Source of the DNA: Malacoraja senta
Taxonomy: Eukaryota
Direction of reading: 5' to 3'
DNA length: 64,000 nucleotides
NCBI GenBank assembly: GCA_038087875.1
Contig: CM075980.1
Location: 9,734,001-9,798,000, forward strand
How positions within the stretch are numbered: position 1 is the stretch's first letter; every line of letters begins with the position of its first letter. A program made the translations under genes and the position numbers. Below are positions 62,611-64,000 of the stretch, piece by piece. Below the pieces are notes generated by a model that had not been told where the DNA came from, did not search any database, and saw only the letters and a program-made list of their open reading frames with translations.

Positions 62611-63466
62611 TGCTGGAGTAACTCAGCGGGTCAGGCAGCATCTCTGGAGAGAAGGAATGGGTGACGTTTTGGGTCGAGACCCTTCTTCGGACCCTCCATA
62701 GATCCAGCCTGACCTGCTGAGTTCTCCAGCACTTTATGCTTTGCTCTTAAAATAAATCCATGGTCCGCTGAAGAAACAACACGATAGACCACTCTGGAAG
62801 TGCCAGTTTTGCTGTACACTTCATACTGTAGAACATATCATAATACACCCTGTGTGATTTAATGGGGTTAGATTATTTTTTTTAATCTGTTGTCTAAAAT
62901 TAATCGATACCCTATATCAGATTTAAATCGGAATTCAGATGTTTTTGTTTTCCTGTTTGTCAATTTTTTGTGCCCGATTATTTGGCGGCCAAACAACCGC
63001 TGTCTCTAAGGGGGTTGCGTCCAATCACCAACGAGCTTCCCTTAAAATTCCCGTCCAATCAACAAATCGGTCTCCTCCAATCCAATCAGCTGCTGTCTCC
63101 GAGGGCATTACTTTTTCTATTATCTGCCCCCAATAAGAAACTGCATTTTTCAGATTAAGTGTTTCAGTTAAATTAGAATGGATGGGGAGAAAATTAAATA
63201 AGTAGTACCAATAGTTTTTTCCAGCATAAATCGTGAGTGGTGAATATTTTATTGTGGGTGGTTTTATTTAGCAAAACAATAGTGCAAGCGGAAATATTTT
63301 ATTATATATATTACATATCACTATCAAATTTTATTATATATCACTATCGAATCACTATCAAATATCTAAAAATTTCAGATTTGTGTACTCCTGTGAAAAT
63401 GAGCATACTGAGATACTTTAAAAGACAGCGGAACATGCAGAAAGATAGAGGAGGTGACAGAAAAAA

Positions 63467-63670
63467 NNNNNNNNNNNNNNNNNNNNNNNNNNNNNNNNNN
63501 NNNNNNNNNNNNNNNNNNNNNNNNNNNNNNNNNNNNNNNNNNNNNNNNNNNNNNNNNNNNNNNNNNNNNNNNNNNNNNNNNNNNNNNNNNNNNNNNNNNN
63601 NNNNNNNNNNNNNNNNNNNNNNNNNNNNNNNNNNNNNNNNNNNNNNNNNNNNNNNNNNNNNNNNNNNNNN
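63467..63670. other. Assembly gap
   Basis: Run of N. Confidence 1.
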
Positions 63671-64000
63671 TGACATATAATACACAATAAACTATATTAT
63701 AAATACACAATAAACAAGTTATGCATTCTTGTACTCTTACATGGGTTTGACGGCGCATTAAAAAATCCCCCCCCTTCCTTCCCAACCTCAGCCTCACAGA
63801 CCTTAGAGTACCCCTAGTTCCTGAAACCCATTTCCATCACTGCAGTCAGGAAACGTGGGTTTCAAATGCTTCATTTCTACTAAGCTGAGTTTTCTGTTTG
63901 AAAGAAGCCAACGAGGTAAAAAGGAGAAACAAGAGATTGTAGATGCTGGAACCTTTAGCCAAACAACAAACCATTGGAGAAACTCAGCAAGTCAGGAAGT

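Larger units (their letters stand above)
61656..63842 (+). mobile_element. hAT-superfamily DNA transposon spanning an assembly gap
   Basis: Perfect 16-bp TIR CAGTGATGGAAATGGG at both ends; perfect 8-bp TSD cagtcagg at 61648-61655 and 63843-63850. Confidence 0.9.

Noticed and set aside
62116-62701. Several 120-180 aa Ser/Leu/Pro-rich ORFs
   Set aside because: Translations of a CT minisatellite with no stop codons; not genes.

Overview
Eukaryotic, intron-rich vertebrate DNA. The repeat families (HE1/V-SINE, CR1, abundant Penelope-type repeats) point to a cartilaginous fish, probably a skate or ray (inference). The window holds the conserved 22q11-type gene cluster. HIRA is on the minus strand: coding exons 1 and 3-13 were found, exon 2 was not found and probably lies in the N gap at 33143-33342, and the gene continues past the left edge. 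MRPL40 is on the plus strand (4 coding exons, 194 aa), head-to-head with HIRA. C22orf39 is on the minus strand (3 coding exons, 104 aa), tail-to-tail with MRPL40. The introns carry one young, nearly intact CR1 LINE, many CR1/RTE/Rex1 fragments, SINEs, two hAT-type elements with 8-bp TSDs, Harbinger-type elements and a probable LTR. About 20 Penelope-type repeat copies carry a minimal hammerhead-ribozyme-like core. No prokaryotic-type system, CRISPR array or recognisable tRNA/rRNA gene was seen. The most notable observations are the hammerhead-like cores, a hAT element with an apparent internal gene, and inverted-repeat architectures around HIRA exons and the C22orf39 promoter. All alignments were done by eye.
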